A stretch of 64,000 bases of DNA from Candidatus Omnitrophota bacterium (GCA_041663665.1 JBAYMG010000001.1:65482-129481); one strand, 5' to 3'; shown: positions 18,966-28,852, counted from the first letter of the stretch. Numbers and translations: made by a program. The notes: generated by a model not told the origin, from the letters alone.

Positions 18966-20147
18966 ATGGCAAAATTAACTTTAAAAGATATTGATTTAAA
19001 AAATAAAATAGTGTTGGTGCGGGCGGATTTTAATGTCCCGCTTGATGCCAGCCTTAATATTACCGATGATATCCGCATTCAGGCAACTTTACCTACTCTA
19101 AAATATATTTTAGAGGAAGGCGCGAAGAAGCTGGTGATTATGAGCCATCTCGGCCGCCCAGACGGAAAGCCAGTTGCCAAATACAGCCTTAAGCCGGTTG
19201 CTTTGCGTTTAAAAGAGCTGTTAGCGCAAGATGTGTTATTCCTTAATGATTGCGTTGGCGATAATATTAAGTTCGAGATTGATAAATCAAAGGAAAGAGT
19301 TATTTTGCTGGAGAACTTGCGTTATCATGCCGAAGAAGAGGCCAATGATGCTAATTTTGCTAAAAAGCTGGCATCCTTAGCAGATGTATTTGTTAATGAT
19401 GCTTTTGGCACTGCGCATCGTGCGCATGCTTCAACTGAAGGCGTAACGCATTTTTTAAAATCCGCTGCCGGTTTCTTGTTAGAGAAAGAGATTAAATATT
19501 TAGGTACAGCTGCTACTAATCCGCAAAAGCCGTTTATGGTTATTTTGGGCGGTTCAAAGGTTTCAGATAAAATTGGGTTAATTGAAAATTTGCTGCCTAA
19601 GTGCGATGCGATTATTGTCGGCGGTGGAATGGCTTACACGTTTTTAAAAGCACAAGGAAAACAGATTGGCAATTCTAAGCTTGAGAAAGATAAGCTGGAT
19701 TTAGCCGCATCAATCCTTGAGCAAGCCAAAAAATTAAATAAAGAAATTTTATTGCCGGTTGATAATGTGGTGGTTGAGGCTATTGACCCTAATGCTAAAA
19801 CCGAGATTGTCGGTGATAATATCCCGGATGGGAAAATTGCCGTTGATATCGGGCCTCGAACAATTGAATTGTTTGAGGAAAAGTTAAAAATTGCCAAGAC
19901 TATTGTTTGGAACGGACCGTTGGGAATATTTGAGATGGATGCTTTTAGCAAGGGAACCAGCGCAGTAGCTGAGTTTATCGCTACCTTAAAAACTACTTCA
20001 ATTATTGGCGGTGGAGATACTGCCGCTGCTATTGCTAAGTTTAAGTTAGAGGGTAAGATGTCACATATTTCAACTGGCGGAGGAGCAAGCTTGGAATTCC
20101 TCGAGGGTAAAATTCTTCCCGGAATTGCAGCGCTTACGGATAAATGA
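18966..20147 (+). CDS. pgk: Phosphoglycerate kinase
   Basis: RADFNVP...MSHLGRP signature motifs. 393 aa. Confidence 0.95.
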   Translation: MAKLTLKDIDLKNKIVLVRADFNVPLDASLNITDDIRIQATLPTLKYILEEGAKKLVIMSHLGRPDGKPVAKYSLKPVALRLKELLAQDVLFLNDCVGDNIKFEIDKSKERVILLENLRYHAEEEANDANFAKKLASLADVFVNDAFGTAHRAHASTEGVTHFLKSAAGFLLEKEIKYLGTAATNPQKPFMVILGGSKVSDKIGLIENLLPKCDAIIVGGGMAYTFLKAQGKQIGNSKLEKDKLDLAASILEQAKKLNKEILLPVDNVVVEAIDPNAKTEIVGDNIPDGKIAVDIGPRTIELFEEKLKIAKTIVWNGPLGIFEMDAFSKGTSAVAEFIATLKTTSIIGGGDTAAAIAKFKLEGKMSHISTGGGASLEFLEGKILPGIAALTDK

Positions 20148-20914
20148 TGAGAAAAACAATTATTGCTGGAAACTGGAAAATGTATAAGACCCTTAAAGAC
20201 GGCCAGGAGTTAGCGGTTGCCTTAAAAAGAGAACTCTATAAAATAGAGAACGTGGATATTGTTATTTGTCCGGCATATCCATTGCTGGCGTATTTGGCCG
20301 ATGATCTGGCGGAAAGCAATATTGCTGTCGGTGCGCAGGATGTTTACTGGCAGGATGAGGGTGCTTTTACCGGCGAGGTCTCTCCGTTAATGATAAAGGA
20401 TGCAGGCTGCAAATATGTTATTGTCGGCCACTCTGAACGCCGGCAGTTTTTTGGTGAGACCAATGAAACAGTAAATAAAAAGATTAATGCCTGCTTAAAA
20501 CATGGTTTAACTCCAATTATCTGTGTTGGCGAGAATTTAAAGGAGAGGGAGTCCAATAATACATTTAAGGTGATAGAGAATCATATTGAAGGCGGCTTAG
20601 CCGGTATCAGCTCTGATGACATGCTGAAGATAGTGGTTGCTTATGAACCGGTTTGGGCAATTGGTACCGGTAAGACAGCTTCTCCGGATCAGGCCCAGGA
20701 GGTGCATAAGTTTATCCGCGATTTATTAAAGAAGCTGTACGGTGAAGAAGTATCCAGTGAGATTAAGATTCAGTACGGCGGAAGCGTTAAGCCGGAAAAT
20801 ATTGTTGAGTTAATGGGTAAGCCGGATGTTGACGGAGCCCTGGTTGGCGGAGCAAGTTTAAAGGCGGATTCTTTTGCGCAAATAGTAGTTAAAGCCAGTG
20901 AGGTTATAAAATGA
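20144..20914 (+). CDS. tpiA: Triosephosphate isomerase
   Basis: IAGNWKM, AYEPVWAIGTG, GGS motifs. Confidence 0.95.
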   Translation: MMRKTIIAGNWKMYKTLKDGQELAVALKRELYKIENVDIVICPAYPLLAYLADDLAESNIAVGAQDVYWQDEGAFTGEVSPLMIKDAGCKYVIVGHSERRQFFGETNETVNKKINACLKHGLTPIICVGENLKERESNNTFKVIENHIEGGLAGISSDDMLKIVVAYEPVWAIGTGKTASPDQAQEVHKFIRDLLKKLYGEEVSSEIKIQYGGSVKPENIVELMGKPDVDGALVGGASLKADSFAQIVVKASEVIK

Positions 20915-21354
20915 TGACATTGTTGATTGTAATTCATGTGATTGCTTGTTTAATTTTAATTGCTTTAGTTTTGATTCAACGCGGCAGAGGCGCAGGATTA
21001 GTTGAAAGTTTTGCCGGGGTTGAATCGATGTTTGGAACAAAGACTAATGCTTTTTTGACCCGGACAACTACGATTATGTCGATTATTTTTTTTATAACTT
21101 GTTTAAGCCTGGCAGTGATGTCAGTTAGACAGAGTAAATCTTTAATGCTTAACGCGCGAACTTCAAGGCCTAAAGCTGTAGCTCAAACCGAAGTGCCGCC
21201 AACAGCTGAAGCATCGAAGACCGAAGCAGTTAAAACTGAACCAGTAAAGACTGAAGCGATTACCCCTCAACAGCCACCAGTAAAGTCCGAGGCTTCTCCA
21301 GCAGCTAATTTACCATCCAACACGGCCAAGCCGGATGCAACAAAAACTAAATAA
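20911..21354 (+). CDS. secG: Preprotein translocase SecG with ~70-aa low-complexity Thr/Glu/Lys/Pro-rich C-terminal extension
   Basis: SecG-like N-terminus (LLIVIHVIACLILIALVLIQRGRG) in the gap-pgk-tpi-secG position. The tail has repeated KTE(A/P)VKTE units. Confidence 0.8.
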   Translation: MMTLLIVIHVIACLILIALVLIQRGRGAGLVESFAGVESMFGTKTNAFLTRTTTIMSIIFFITCLSLAVMSVRQSKSLMLNARTSRPKAVAQTEVPPTAEASKTEAVKTEPVKTEAITPQQPPVKSEASPAANLPSNTAKPDATKTK

Positions 21355-22489
21355 AAAACTATTCTGGGTATTTGCCTTAAGCAGTGCGGTATATTTTACG
21401 CAAGGCATAGAAGGCTTGCCTTCCCAAGGGCTGTTTTATTATCTTAAAGAGACTCTGCATTTTTCTCCTGAAAAGATAATGATCTTGGGGGCATTTACTA
21501 CTTTTGCCTGGCTGGTTAAGCCTTTAATCGGTTACGTCATCGATAGTTCACTAAGCAAAAGGATTTGGATATTTGTTTCTCTTGTCTTGGATATAATTTT
21601 TGTTTTATTGTTAGGTTTGCTGCAAATGCCACTGATAATTTTAGTGGCACTGCTTGCGCTTAATTCCAGTTGCGCAGCTTTCCGCGATGTGTCGGTTGAC
21701 GGGATCATGTGTGTTGAAGGGAAAAAATATCAGGCAACCGGAAGAATCCAAAGTATTCAATGGATTTCAATTTTGATTGCCGGATTATTTACCGGAGTAG
21801 GCGGGGCATTTATCGCTGAGAAATGGGGTTACCGGACCGGGTTTTTGTTACTGATTCCTATCTATTTACTGGTTGCTCTGCCGGCTTATTTTTATAATGA
21901 AGAACAGACAGAAAAGAAACATTCTACTTTATTTTCGGATTTAAAAATACTTTTTAGCGATAAGAAAATATGGATTATCGGTTTATTTATATTCCTTTAT
22001 AAATTTGCTCCGTCTTTTGGCACGCCTTTATTTTTTATTCAGCGCGATAGTTTCAAATGGAGCAAGATGTGGATTGGCACGCTTACTACAATCGCTACGT
22101 TGTTTGGAGTTATAGGTTCTTTATTTTATTATAAATTCAGCCAAAAAATTAATCTGAAAAAATGGCTTTATTTTTCAGTGTTTGCCGGGGCGCTGACTAC
22201 CTTAAGTTATCTTTACTATACTCCGTTTTCTGCGGTAGCTTATGATGTGATCTACAGTTTTCTGGGGATGTTTATCTTTATAATGATTATGGATTTTATG
22301 GCCAGGCATTCAATTAAGGGCCTGGAGGCAACTTCATTTGCGCTTTTATGCAGTATTAACAATCTCTCAGATGTAGCCAGTAATTTGTCCGGAGCATTCC
22401 TGCTTCCGCTGGTTGGCTTGAAATGGCTGATTGTTTTATCCGCATTAACCAGCTTTCTTTGCTTGTTCCTGATTAATAAAATTGAATAG
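21335..22489 (+). CDS. MFS-type membrane transporter (BT1/folate-biopterin-transporter-like)
   Basis: About 12 predicted TM segments and an N-terminus similar to the BT1 family. The start may lie downstream of the overlap with secG. Confidence 0.5.
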   Translation: MQQKLNKKLFWVFALSSAVYFTQGIEGLPSQGLFYYLKETLHFSPEKIMILGAFTTFAWLVKPLIGYVIDSSLSKRIWIFVSLVLDIIFVLLLGLLQMPLIILVALLALNSSCAAFRDVSVDGIMCVEGKKYQATGRIQSIQWISILIAGLFTGVGGAFIAEKWGYRTGFLLLIPIYLLVALPAYFYNEEQTEKKHSTLFSDLKILFSDKKIWIIGLFIFLYKFAPSFGTPLFFIQRDSFKWSKMWIGTLTTIATLFGVIGSLFYYKFSQKINLKKWLYFSVFAGALTTLSYLYYTPFSAVAYDVIYSFLGMFIFIMIMDFMARHSIKGLEATSFALLCSINNLSDVASNLSGAFLLPLVGLKWLIVLSALTSFLCLFLINKIE

Positions 22490-22603
22490 ATATTGACGCA
22501 ACTGCTTGCCTTGTTTTTCCGTACCAAGCGTCCATGCGAGAACCAAGACCCGTTTAAATAAATTTATATTGCCAATTGGGCAAGTATTTAATATAATACT
22601 AGA

Positions 22604-23203
22604 ATGATGGAAGCGCTTAAACCTTATATACTTAGCTTCATTCCGCTTTTTGTGGCTGTGGATGCGATAGCCAATATTCCTATTTTTTTATCTCTGGTTG
22701 AGCATTCTTCTAAGCCGCAAAGAAAGAAAATAATTTTAGATGCAGTTATTACTTCAACTGCAGTTGCCATAATTTTTATGGTAATCGGTAAATGGGTTTT
22801 TTCTCTCTTGGGCATAACGATACCTGATTTTCAGATTGCCGGCGGCGCGCTTTTATTTGTTATTGCGGTGCGGCTTTTGATGCCCGGCGCACAGAAAAGC
22901 AGGTTAACTAATCCCAGCGATAAGGATATCGGGGTATTTCCATTAGGTACGCCTTTAATTACCGGGCCTGCAGTATTGACTACAACGCTGATGATGATGA
23001 ATAGCTTCGGCGCGCTTGCTACTTTGGTCTCCGTAGTATTGAACATGTTTTTTGTTTGGTTGACTTTAGTAAAAGCGGATGTAATTATGAGGGTAATTGG
23101 CCCTAGCGGTACCAGGGCATTTTCAAAAATAATGTATATATTACTGGCAGCAATTGCAGTTATGATGATCAGGCACGGAATAGTGGGGGCATTCTTACAA
23201 TGA
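22604..23203 (+). CDS. MarC-family (UPF0056) integral membrane protein
   Basis: 199 aa, 6 TM segments, MarC-like conserved N-terminus (LSFIPLFVAVDAI...). Confidence 0.65.
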   Translation: MMEALKPYILSFIPLFVAVDAIANIPIFLSLVEHSSKPQRKKIILDAVITSTAVAIIFMVIGKWVFSLLGITIPDFQIAGGALLFVIAVRLLMPGAQKSRLTNPSDKDIGVFPLGTPLITGPAVLTTTLMMMNSFGALATLVSVVLNMFFVWLTLVKADVIMRVIGPSGTRAFSKIMYILLAAIAVMMIRHGIVGAFLQ

Positions 23204-24423
23204 TGCGCAAAGTATTAACATTTATTATGGCCGGAGGAAAAGGCGAACGCCTTTTACCTTTAACTAAAGATCGTACCAAGCCGGCTGTTCCTTTTGGCGG
23301 GATCTACCGGATTATTGATTTTACGTTGAGTAATTGCATTAATTCCGGGATGCGTAAGATTTATATTCTTACGCAATATAAATCTGCATCATTGCAAAGG
23401 CATATCCGTTTAGGTTGGAATTTTCTTCCTTCAGAGTTAGGGCAGTTTATCGAATTGCTTCCGGCTCAGCAGCGTATAGGTGATTCTTGGTATTTAGGCA
23501 CTGCGGATGCGATTTATCAGAATCTTTATGCTCTGGAAATGGATCGTCCGGATGAAGTTTTAATTTTAGCCGGGGATCATATCTACCGGATGGATTATTA
23601 TTCGATGATTGATATCCATCGCGAGCAGAACGCCGATTTGACTGTTGGAGTGGTTGAAATTGATAAATCTAAATCTAAGCATTTAGGCGTGGTTGAGGCA
23701 GACGAAGCAGGCAGGGTTACTGGTTTTCATGAGAAACCGGAAAATCCTAAAACAATTCCCGGTAAGTCGGATAAGATCTATGGTTCAATGGGCATTTATG
23801 TATTTAAGCAATCTGTTTTAATGCAGGAGTTGCTTGAAGATGCTAAAAATAATAAATCTTCGCATGATTTTGGTAAGGATATTATTCCCCAGATGTTAAA
23901 GAAGGGAATGAAGATTGTGGCTTATAATTTCCGTAAAGAAAATAAAGAAGATGAATATTGGCGGGATATCGGAACCATTGATGCTTATTATGAAGCGAAT
24001 ATGGAATTAATTCAGGTTAATCCGACGTTTAATCTTTATGATCAGGAATGGCCGTTAAGAACTTTTCAAGAGCAATATCCTCCGGTTAAAACTGTACACT
24101 CAGGAGATAAAGAAGAAGGAAGAGTGGGTTTAGTGCTAGACTCGATAGTTTCAGAAGGATGCGTGGTTTCCGGAGGCCGAGTCCAGCGTTCAATACTCTC
24201 GCCTAATGTCAGAATTAACAGTTTTTCTGAAGTTTATGATTCAATTCTAATGGAAAGTGTGCACGTCGGCAGGTATGCTAAAATTAAGCGGGCAATAATT
24301 GATAAGGACGTAAATATTCCGCAAGGAATGATTATTGGCTTTAATCTGGAAGAAGATAAAAAGAGGTTTTTTGTCAGTGAATCAGGGATCGTTGTAGTGG
24401 CTAAAGGCACAGAAATTAAATGA
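23200..24423 (+). CDS. glgC: Glucose-1-phosphate adenylyltransferase
   Basis: IMAGGKGERLLPLT...PAVPFGG N-terminus and a left-handed beta-helix C-terminus. 407 aa. Confidence 0.9.
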   Translation: MMRKVLTFIMAGGKGERLLPLTKDRTKPAVPFGGIYRIIDFTLSNCINSGMRKIYILTQYKSASLQRHIRLGWNFLPSELGQFIELLPAQQRIGDSWYLGTADAIYQNLYALEMDRPDEVLILAGDHIYRMDYYSMIDIHREQNADLTVGVVEIDKSKSKHLGVVEADEAGRVTGFHEKPENPKTIPGKSDKIYGSMGIYVFKQSVLMQELLEDAKNNKSSHDFGKDIIPQMLKKGMKIVAYNFRKENKEDEYWRDIGTIDAYYEANMELIQVNPTFNLYDQEWPLRTFQEQYPPVKTVHSGDKEEGRVGLVLDSIVSEGCVVSGGRVQRSILSPNVRINSFSEVYDSILMESVHVGRYAKIKRAIIDKDVNIPQGMIIGFNLEEDKKRFFVSESGIVVVAKGTEIK

Positions 24424-24869
24424 TTAGAAAAGCTAAAATAAAAGATATAAAACAGATCCAGGAGTTAATTGCCGGTTTTGCTAAGCAGGATATTATGCTG
24501 CCGCGTTCATTAAACGAGCTTTATGAGAACATCCGCGATTTCTGGGTTTATGAAGATAAGGGTAAGCTGGCTGGTTGTGCTGCTTTGCATATTTCCTGGG
24601 ATGATTTAGCTGAGATCAAATCTTTGGCAGTTGCTAAATTTAAGCAAAGTAAGGGCATCGGCAAAGAGTTAGTTTTAGCTTGCCTGGCTGAAGCTGAGGT
24701 TATGGGTGCAAAAAAAATATTTGTGCTGACTTACAAACCGGAGTTTTTTAAAAAGATAGGATTTAAGAGAATTAAACATGAGGACCTTCCGCATAAGATT
24801 TGGGCGGAGTGTATCAACTGCTGCAAATTCCCCAACTGCCAGGAGATTGCCCTGCTAAAAATATTGTAA
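24420..24869 (+). CDS. GNAT family N-acetyltransferase with Cys-rich C-terminus
   Basis: 149 aa. GNAT motif A (QSKGIGKELV) and C-terminal CINCCKFPNC. Confidence 0.7.
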   Translation: MIRKAKIKDIKQIQELIAGFAKQDIMLPRSLNELYENIRDFWVYEDKGKLAGCAALHISWDDLAEIKSLAVAKFKQSKGIGKELVLACLAEAEVMGAKKIFVLTYKPEFFKKIGFKRIKHEDLPHKIWAECINCCKFPNCQEIALLKIL

Positions 24870-24891
24870 AACAATCTTTTTGTGTTATAAT
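24864..24891 (+). promoter_or_regulatory. Sigma70-like promoter (TTGTAA-16-TGtTATAAT, extended -10) upstream of the acyl-CoA dehydrogenase/etfBA genes
   Basis: Sequence attgtaaaacaatctttttgtgttataat, followed by the strong RBS gggaggag before the ATG at 24920. Confidence 0.5.
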
Positions 24892-24919
24892 TTCAAAGAT
24901 TAATTAAAGGGAGGAGCTA

Positions 24920-26071
24920 ATGGATTATTTATTGACTGAAGAACAAAAGATGGTTAAGGATTTAGCGCATAAGATTGCTGAGGAGAAAATTCGTCCTCAA
25001 GCTGCAAAATATGATATTAGCGAAGAGTACCCTTGGGATGTTTTAAAGGCTATGGGTGATAGCGACATGTTCGGTTTATTTATTCCTGAGGAGTACGGTG
25101 GTTTTGCCAATAGTACGATGAATTTGTGTTTAGCTACGGAAGAATTTTCCCGTGCTTGCGGTGGTATTGCGGTTTGCTATGCAGCCAGCGCTTTAGGGAC
25201 AATTCCGATTGTTTTATTCGGTACCGATGAACAGAAGAAAAAGTATTTACCGGATTTAGCTAAAGGTAAAAAGGTCGGGGCATTTGCGATTACTGAGCCG
25301 GAAGCCGGATCTGATGCTTCAGGAATTAAGACTACTGCCAGAAAAGAAGGCGATTATTATATTTTAAACGGCCTAAAGCATTTTATCACTAATGGCGGAG
25401 ATGCTGAAACCAACGTAGTAATTGCCATGACTGATAAAACCAAAGGGGCGCGCGGTGCTTCAGCTTTTATTGTTGAAAAAGGTACTCCTGGTTTTACCTT
25501 TGGCAAGAAGGAGGATAAGTTTGGAATTCGTGCATCCAGTACCCGTGAGTTGATTTTTACCGATTGCAAAATTCCGGCTGCAAATTTATTGGCTAAAGAA
25601 GGAATGGGTTTTATTGTTACGATGAGGACATTTGATATGTCTCGTCCAGGGGTTGCTGCCCAGGCTTTAGGTATTGCTCAGGGCGCTTTGGAATTGGCGG
25701 TAAAATATGTCCGCGAAAGAGTGCAATTTGGTAAACCGATTTCCAGTTTTCAGGGTATTCAGTGGATGTTAGCTGATATGGCCACCGAAATAGAAGCTGC
25801 GCGCGGTTTAGTTTATTCCACCGCCCGCATGGTTGATGCCGGATGTAAAGATGTATCTAAGGAATCCGCAATGGCTAAGATGTTTGCTTCAGATGTTGCG
25901 ATGAAGGTTACCGTTGATGCCTTGCAGTTGTTTGGCGGATATGGTTACATGAAAGATTATCCGATTGAAAAATATGTGCGTGATGCAAAAATTACTCAGA
26001 TCTATGAAGGCACAAATCAGGTGCAGCGTGGGATCATTGCCTTAAAAATAATTAAAGAAATGGCTAAATGA
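24920..26071 (+). CDS. Acyl-CoA dehydrogenase (short-chain/butyryl-CoA dehydrogenase-like)
   Basis: 383 aa. ACAD motifs ([17 protein letters not shown], catalytic Glu near the C-terminus). Confidence 0.9.
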   Translation: MDYLLTEEQKMVKDLAHKIAEEKIRPQAAKYDISEEYPWDVLKAMGDSDMFGLFIPEEYGGFANSTMNLCLATEEFSRACGGIAVCYAASALGTIPIVLFGTDEQKKKYLPDLAKGKKVGAFAITEPEAGSDASGIKTTARKEGDYYILNGLKHFITNGGDAETNVVIAMTDKTKGARGASAFIVEKGTPGFTFGKKEDKFGIRASSTRELIFTDCKIPAANLLAKEGMGFIVTMRTFDMSRPGVAAQALGIAQGALELAVKYVRERVQFGKPISSFQGIQWMLADMATEIEAARGLVYSTARMVDAGCKDVSKESAMAKMFASDVAMKVTVDALQLFGGYGYMKDYPIEKYVRDAKITQIYEGTNQVQRGIIALKIIKEMAK

Positions 26072-26126
26072 GCAAGTATTTAATGTACGAACTCATCCTG
26101 AGAAGTATAACGACGAAGGGTTTAAA

Positions 26127-26912
26127 ATGAATATTATCGTTTGCATAAAGCAGGTTCCTGAAACAACTGAGGTAAGAATTAATCCTGAAACCAATACGCT
26201 TATGCGTGAAGGGGTCAAGGCGATTATTAATCCTTTTGATATGTATGCAATTGAAGAGGCTGTGCGCCTTAAGGAGAGATTCGGAGGCAAGATTAGTGTT
26301 TTGACTATGGGGCCTCCTCAGGCTGACGGCGCTTTGCGTGAAGCAATTTCTATGGGTGCTGATGAAGGGTACTTAGTTTGCGACCGGGCTTTTGCCGGAA
26401 GTGATACCTGGGCAACCAGCTATACTTTAGCCGGGGCAATTAAGAAGCTTGGAGATTATGATTTAATTATTTGCGGGAAACAAGCCTCAGATGGCGATAC
26501 GGCACAAGTCGGCCCGGGCATATCTACGCATTTAAATATTCCTCAGGTAACTTATGTTAAAAAAGTCGAAGAGGCAACTTTAAAATCTATGCGCGTTGAA
26601 AGAATGCTTGAGGAAGGTTATGAAATTATTGAGACTCCGTTACCGGCACTTTTAACTGTGGTTAAGGAAATTAATGAACCGCGTATTCCTTCGTTAAAGG
26701 GGTTAATGCGCGCAAAATCTGCTAAAATTACTATGTTAACCCAGAAAGAGCTGGAGCTGGACCCTCAGCAGATTGGCTTGTGCGGTTCACCTACCCAGGT
26801 GGTTAAAATATTTACTCCAACTCCAAGAATCGGCGGACAGATTCTTTCCGGAGAGATTCCGGATATTGCCAAGCATTTGGTCGATTTAATTAAAGACGAG
26901 GTTAATTCATAA
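26127..26912 (+). CDS. etfB: Electron transfer flavoprotein beta subunit
   Basis: MNIIVCIKQVPET N-terminus. 261 aa. Confidence 0.85.
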   Translation: MNIIVCIKQVPETTEVRINPETNTLMREGVKAIINPFDMYAIEEAVRLKERFGGKISVLTMGPPQADGALREAISMGADEGYLVCDRAFAGSDTWATSYTLAGAIKKLGDYDLIICGKQASDGDTAQVGPGISTHLNIPQVTYVKKVEEATLKSMRVERMLEEGYEIIETPLPALLTVVKEINEPRIPSLKGLMRAKSAKITMLTQKELELDPQQIGLCGSPTQVVKIFTPTPRIGGQILSGEIPDIAKHLVDLIKDEVNS

Positions 26913-28114
26913 TGTCTATTTCAATTATTGTTGAAAAATGTACAGGTTGTTCCCTATGTGTTAAGGTTTGCCCTTTTGGTGCCATTCATCTTGTCGGTAA
27001 ACTGGCGACAATTGATTTGCATAAATGTACGCTTTGCGGGGCTTGCCGCGATGCCTGTAAGTTTAAGGCAGTTTTGTTAGAAAAGACTCCGGTTAAATGT
27101 GATCTGCCGAATATTAAAGATTACAAAGGAATCTGGGTTTTTATCGAGCAGAAAAATGGCCATGTGCAGTCTGTTTCATATGAGTTGTTAGGCAAGGCTC
27201 AAGAGCTGGCTAAGAAGCTAGATTGCCAGGTTAGCGGTGTTTTAATCGGCAACAAGTTAGAGGATCAGCTTGATGAATTAATTTTCTGCGGCGCGGATAA
27301 TATTTATTTAGTTGAGTCTCCGGAGCTAGCGAATTTCCAGGATGAACCGTATACTAATATTTTAGTTGCTTTGGTTAAAAAATATAAACCGGAAATACTT
27401 TTATGCGGGGCAACTAATGTCGGCCGATCTTTAATTTCGCGTGTGGCAATTAATATTAAAGCCGGATTGACTGCAGATTGTACAGGTTTGGATATAGACC
27501 CGGATAAAAAGATTCTTTTACAGACCCGCCCGGCTTTTGGCGGCAACATTATGGCGACAATTATTTCTCCAAATTATCGCCCGCAGATGTCGACAGTCAG
27601 GCATAAAGTTTTTGCGCCTATGGCAGCCGATAAAAAGCGCAAGGGTAAGATAATTAAGGAGAATTTTGATCCTCAATTTTATGTTTCGCGCACGAAATTA
27701 CTGGATATTATTGATGAAATTGAGTCGACGATTAATTTATCCGAAGCCGATATCATTGTTTCCGGGGGAAGAGGAATGGGCGCACCTGAGAATTTTAAAT
27801 TGCTAGAAGAGCTTGCTCATGTTTTAGGCTCAGCTGTTGGTTCATCGCGTGCAGCAGTTGATGCCGGCTGGATGCCTTATTCACACCAAGTAGGCCAAAC
27901 CGGGCGCACTGTGGCTCCTAAGATTTATTTTGCCTGCGGCATAAGCGGACAAATTCAGCATCTTGTGGGAATGCAATCTTCAAAAATTATTGTGGCCATT
28001 AATAAAGATCCTGAGGCTCCAATTTTTAAAGTGGCAACTTATGGAATTGTCGGTGATGTTTTGCAGGTAGTTCCAGCTCTGACTCAGGCTTTTAAAATAG
28101 CTTTGCGTAAATAG
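26912..28114 (+). CDS. etfA: Electron transfer flavoprotein alpha subunit with N-terminal 2x[4Fe-4S] ferredoxin domain
   Basis: N-terminal CTGCSLCVKVCP and CTLCGACRDAC cysteine clusters, then the EtfA FAD-binding C-terminus (GISGQIQHLVGM). Confidence 0.85.
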   Translation: MSISIIVEKCTGCSLCVKVCPFGAIHLVGKLATIDLHKCTLCGACRDACKFKAVLLEKTPVKCDLPNIKDYKGIWVFIEQKNGHVQSVSYELLGKAQELAKKLDCQVSGVLIGNKLEDQLDELIFCGADNIYLVESPELANFQDEPYTNILVALVKKYKPEILLCGATNVGRSLISRVAINIKAGLTADCTGLDIDPDKKILLQTRPAFGGNIMATIISPNYRPQMSTVRHKVFAPMAADKKRKGKIIKENFDPQFYVSRTKLLDIIDEIESTINLSEADIIVSGGRGMGAPENFKLLEELAHVLGSAVGSSRAAVDAGWMPYSHQVGQTGRTVAPKIYFACGISGQIQHLVGMQSSKIIVAINKDPEAPIFKVATYGIVGDVLQVVPALTQAFKIALRK

Positions 28115-28120
28115 AAAAGC

Positions 28121-28531
28121 ATGCTTAAAGTCAAAAGTGAGAGATCTTTCACTTTAATTGAGATTATGCTGGTGGTCGGCATTATCTCTTTACTTGCTGC
28201 AATTGCCATTCCGAATTTAATTTCCATTAAAAGAACTGCTAATGAAGCAGCGGCTAAAAGTAATATACGTAGCCTTTCCGGGGCAGCTGAAACCGCTTCG
28301 GTTTCTTTAGGGCATTACCCGGTTACTTTAGCTGAGCTGCATAATTTTATAGCTTCTGCCGAAGATTATTGCCTGGATGTGTCAGGAGGGCAAACTTCTC
28401 TTCAGGGTTATAATTATAGCTGCGTAATGGATGTAACCGGTTATACTTTTACAGCCTCACCGGTAACTTCCGGCAGCAGCGGGAATATTACTTATACAGC
28501 TTCGACCGGTGGAGTGCTTACCCCGATTTAA
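28121..28531 (+). CDS. Type IV pilin / pseudopilin-like protein (prepilin N-terminal methylation motif)
   Basis: SFTLIEIMLVVGIISLLAAIAIPNL class III signal peptide. 136 aa. Confidence 0.7.
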   Translation: MLKVKSERSFTLIEIMLVVGIISLLAAIAIPNLISIKRTANEAAAKSNIRSLSGAAETASVSLGHYPVTLAELHNFIASAEDYCLDVSGGQTSLQGYNYSCVMDVTGYTFTASPVTSGSSGNITYTASTGGVLTPI

Positions 28532-28583
28532 AACTTCCAATCTTTGCATTAGTTTGCACTAAATAAGTCCTAATTTCATCAAT

Positions 28584-28823
28584 ATGTTAAAGAATGTAAA
28601 GATTATCCTTGACAAAAAAGAGGATGTAATTTATAATTTAAACATGGTGAACAGTAATTTAATGACGATTGAAGACCTGGCGGATTATTTGAAAGTTACC
28701 CGCCGGACTATTTATGATTGGTTAAAACACAATAAGATCCCGGCGCTAAAGCTTGTCGGGCAATGGCGTTTTAAAAAAGATAAAATTGATGATTGGCTTG
28801 ATGGCCAGTCGCAGCCACATTAA
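28584..28823 (+). CDS. Small excisionase-family (MerR-superfamily) helix-turn-helix DNA-binding protein; true start probably 28644 or 28662
   Basis: MTIEDLADYLKVTRRTIYDWLKHNKIPALKLVGQWRFKKDKIDDWL matches the excisionase-family HTH domain. A consensus promoter inside the maximal ORF implies a shorter product (54-60 aa), possibly on a leaderless mRNA. Confidence 0.6.
   Translation: MLKNVKIILDKKEDVIYNLNMVNSNLMTIEDLADYLKVTRRTIYDWLKHNKIPALKLVGQWRFKKDKIDDWLDGQSQPH
28609..28637 (+). promoter_or_regulatory. Perfect consensus sigma70 promoter (TTGACA-17-TATAAT)
   Basis: ttgacaaaaaagaggatgtaatttataat. Lies inside the 5' part of the ORF-track ORF 28584..28823 and precedes the ATGs at 28644 and 28662. 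Confidence 0.6.
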
Positions 28824-28852
28824 TATTTGTTGTCCTTCACAAGGAGAAGATT

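Noticed and set aside
28121-28823. Pilin-like gene plus excisionase-family HTH as a possible mobile-element remnant
   Set aside because: No integrase, transposase, att-like repeats or compositional shift nearby. The flanking genes are core housekeeping genes (etfA, smc).
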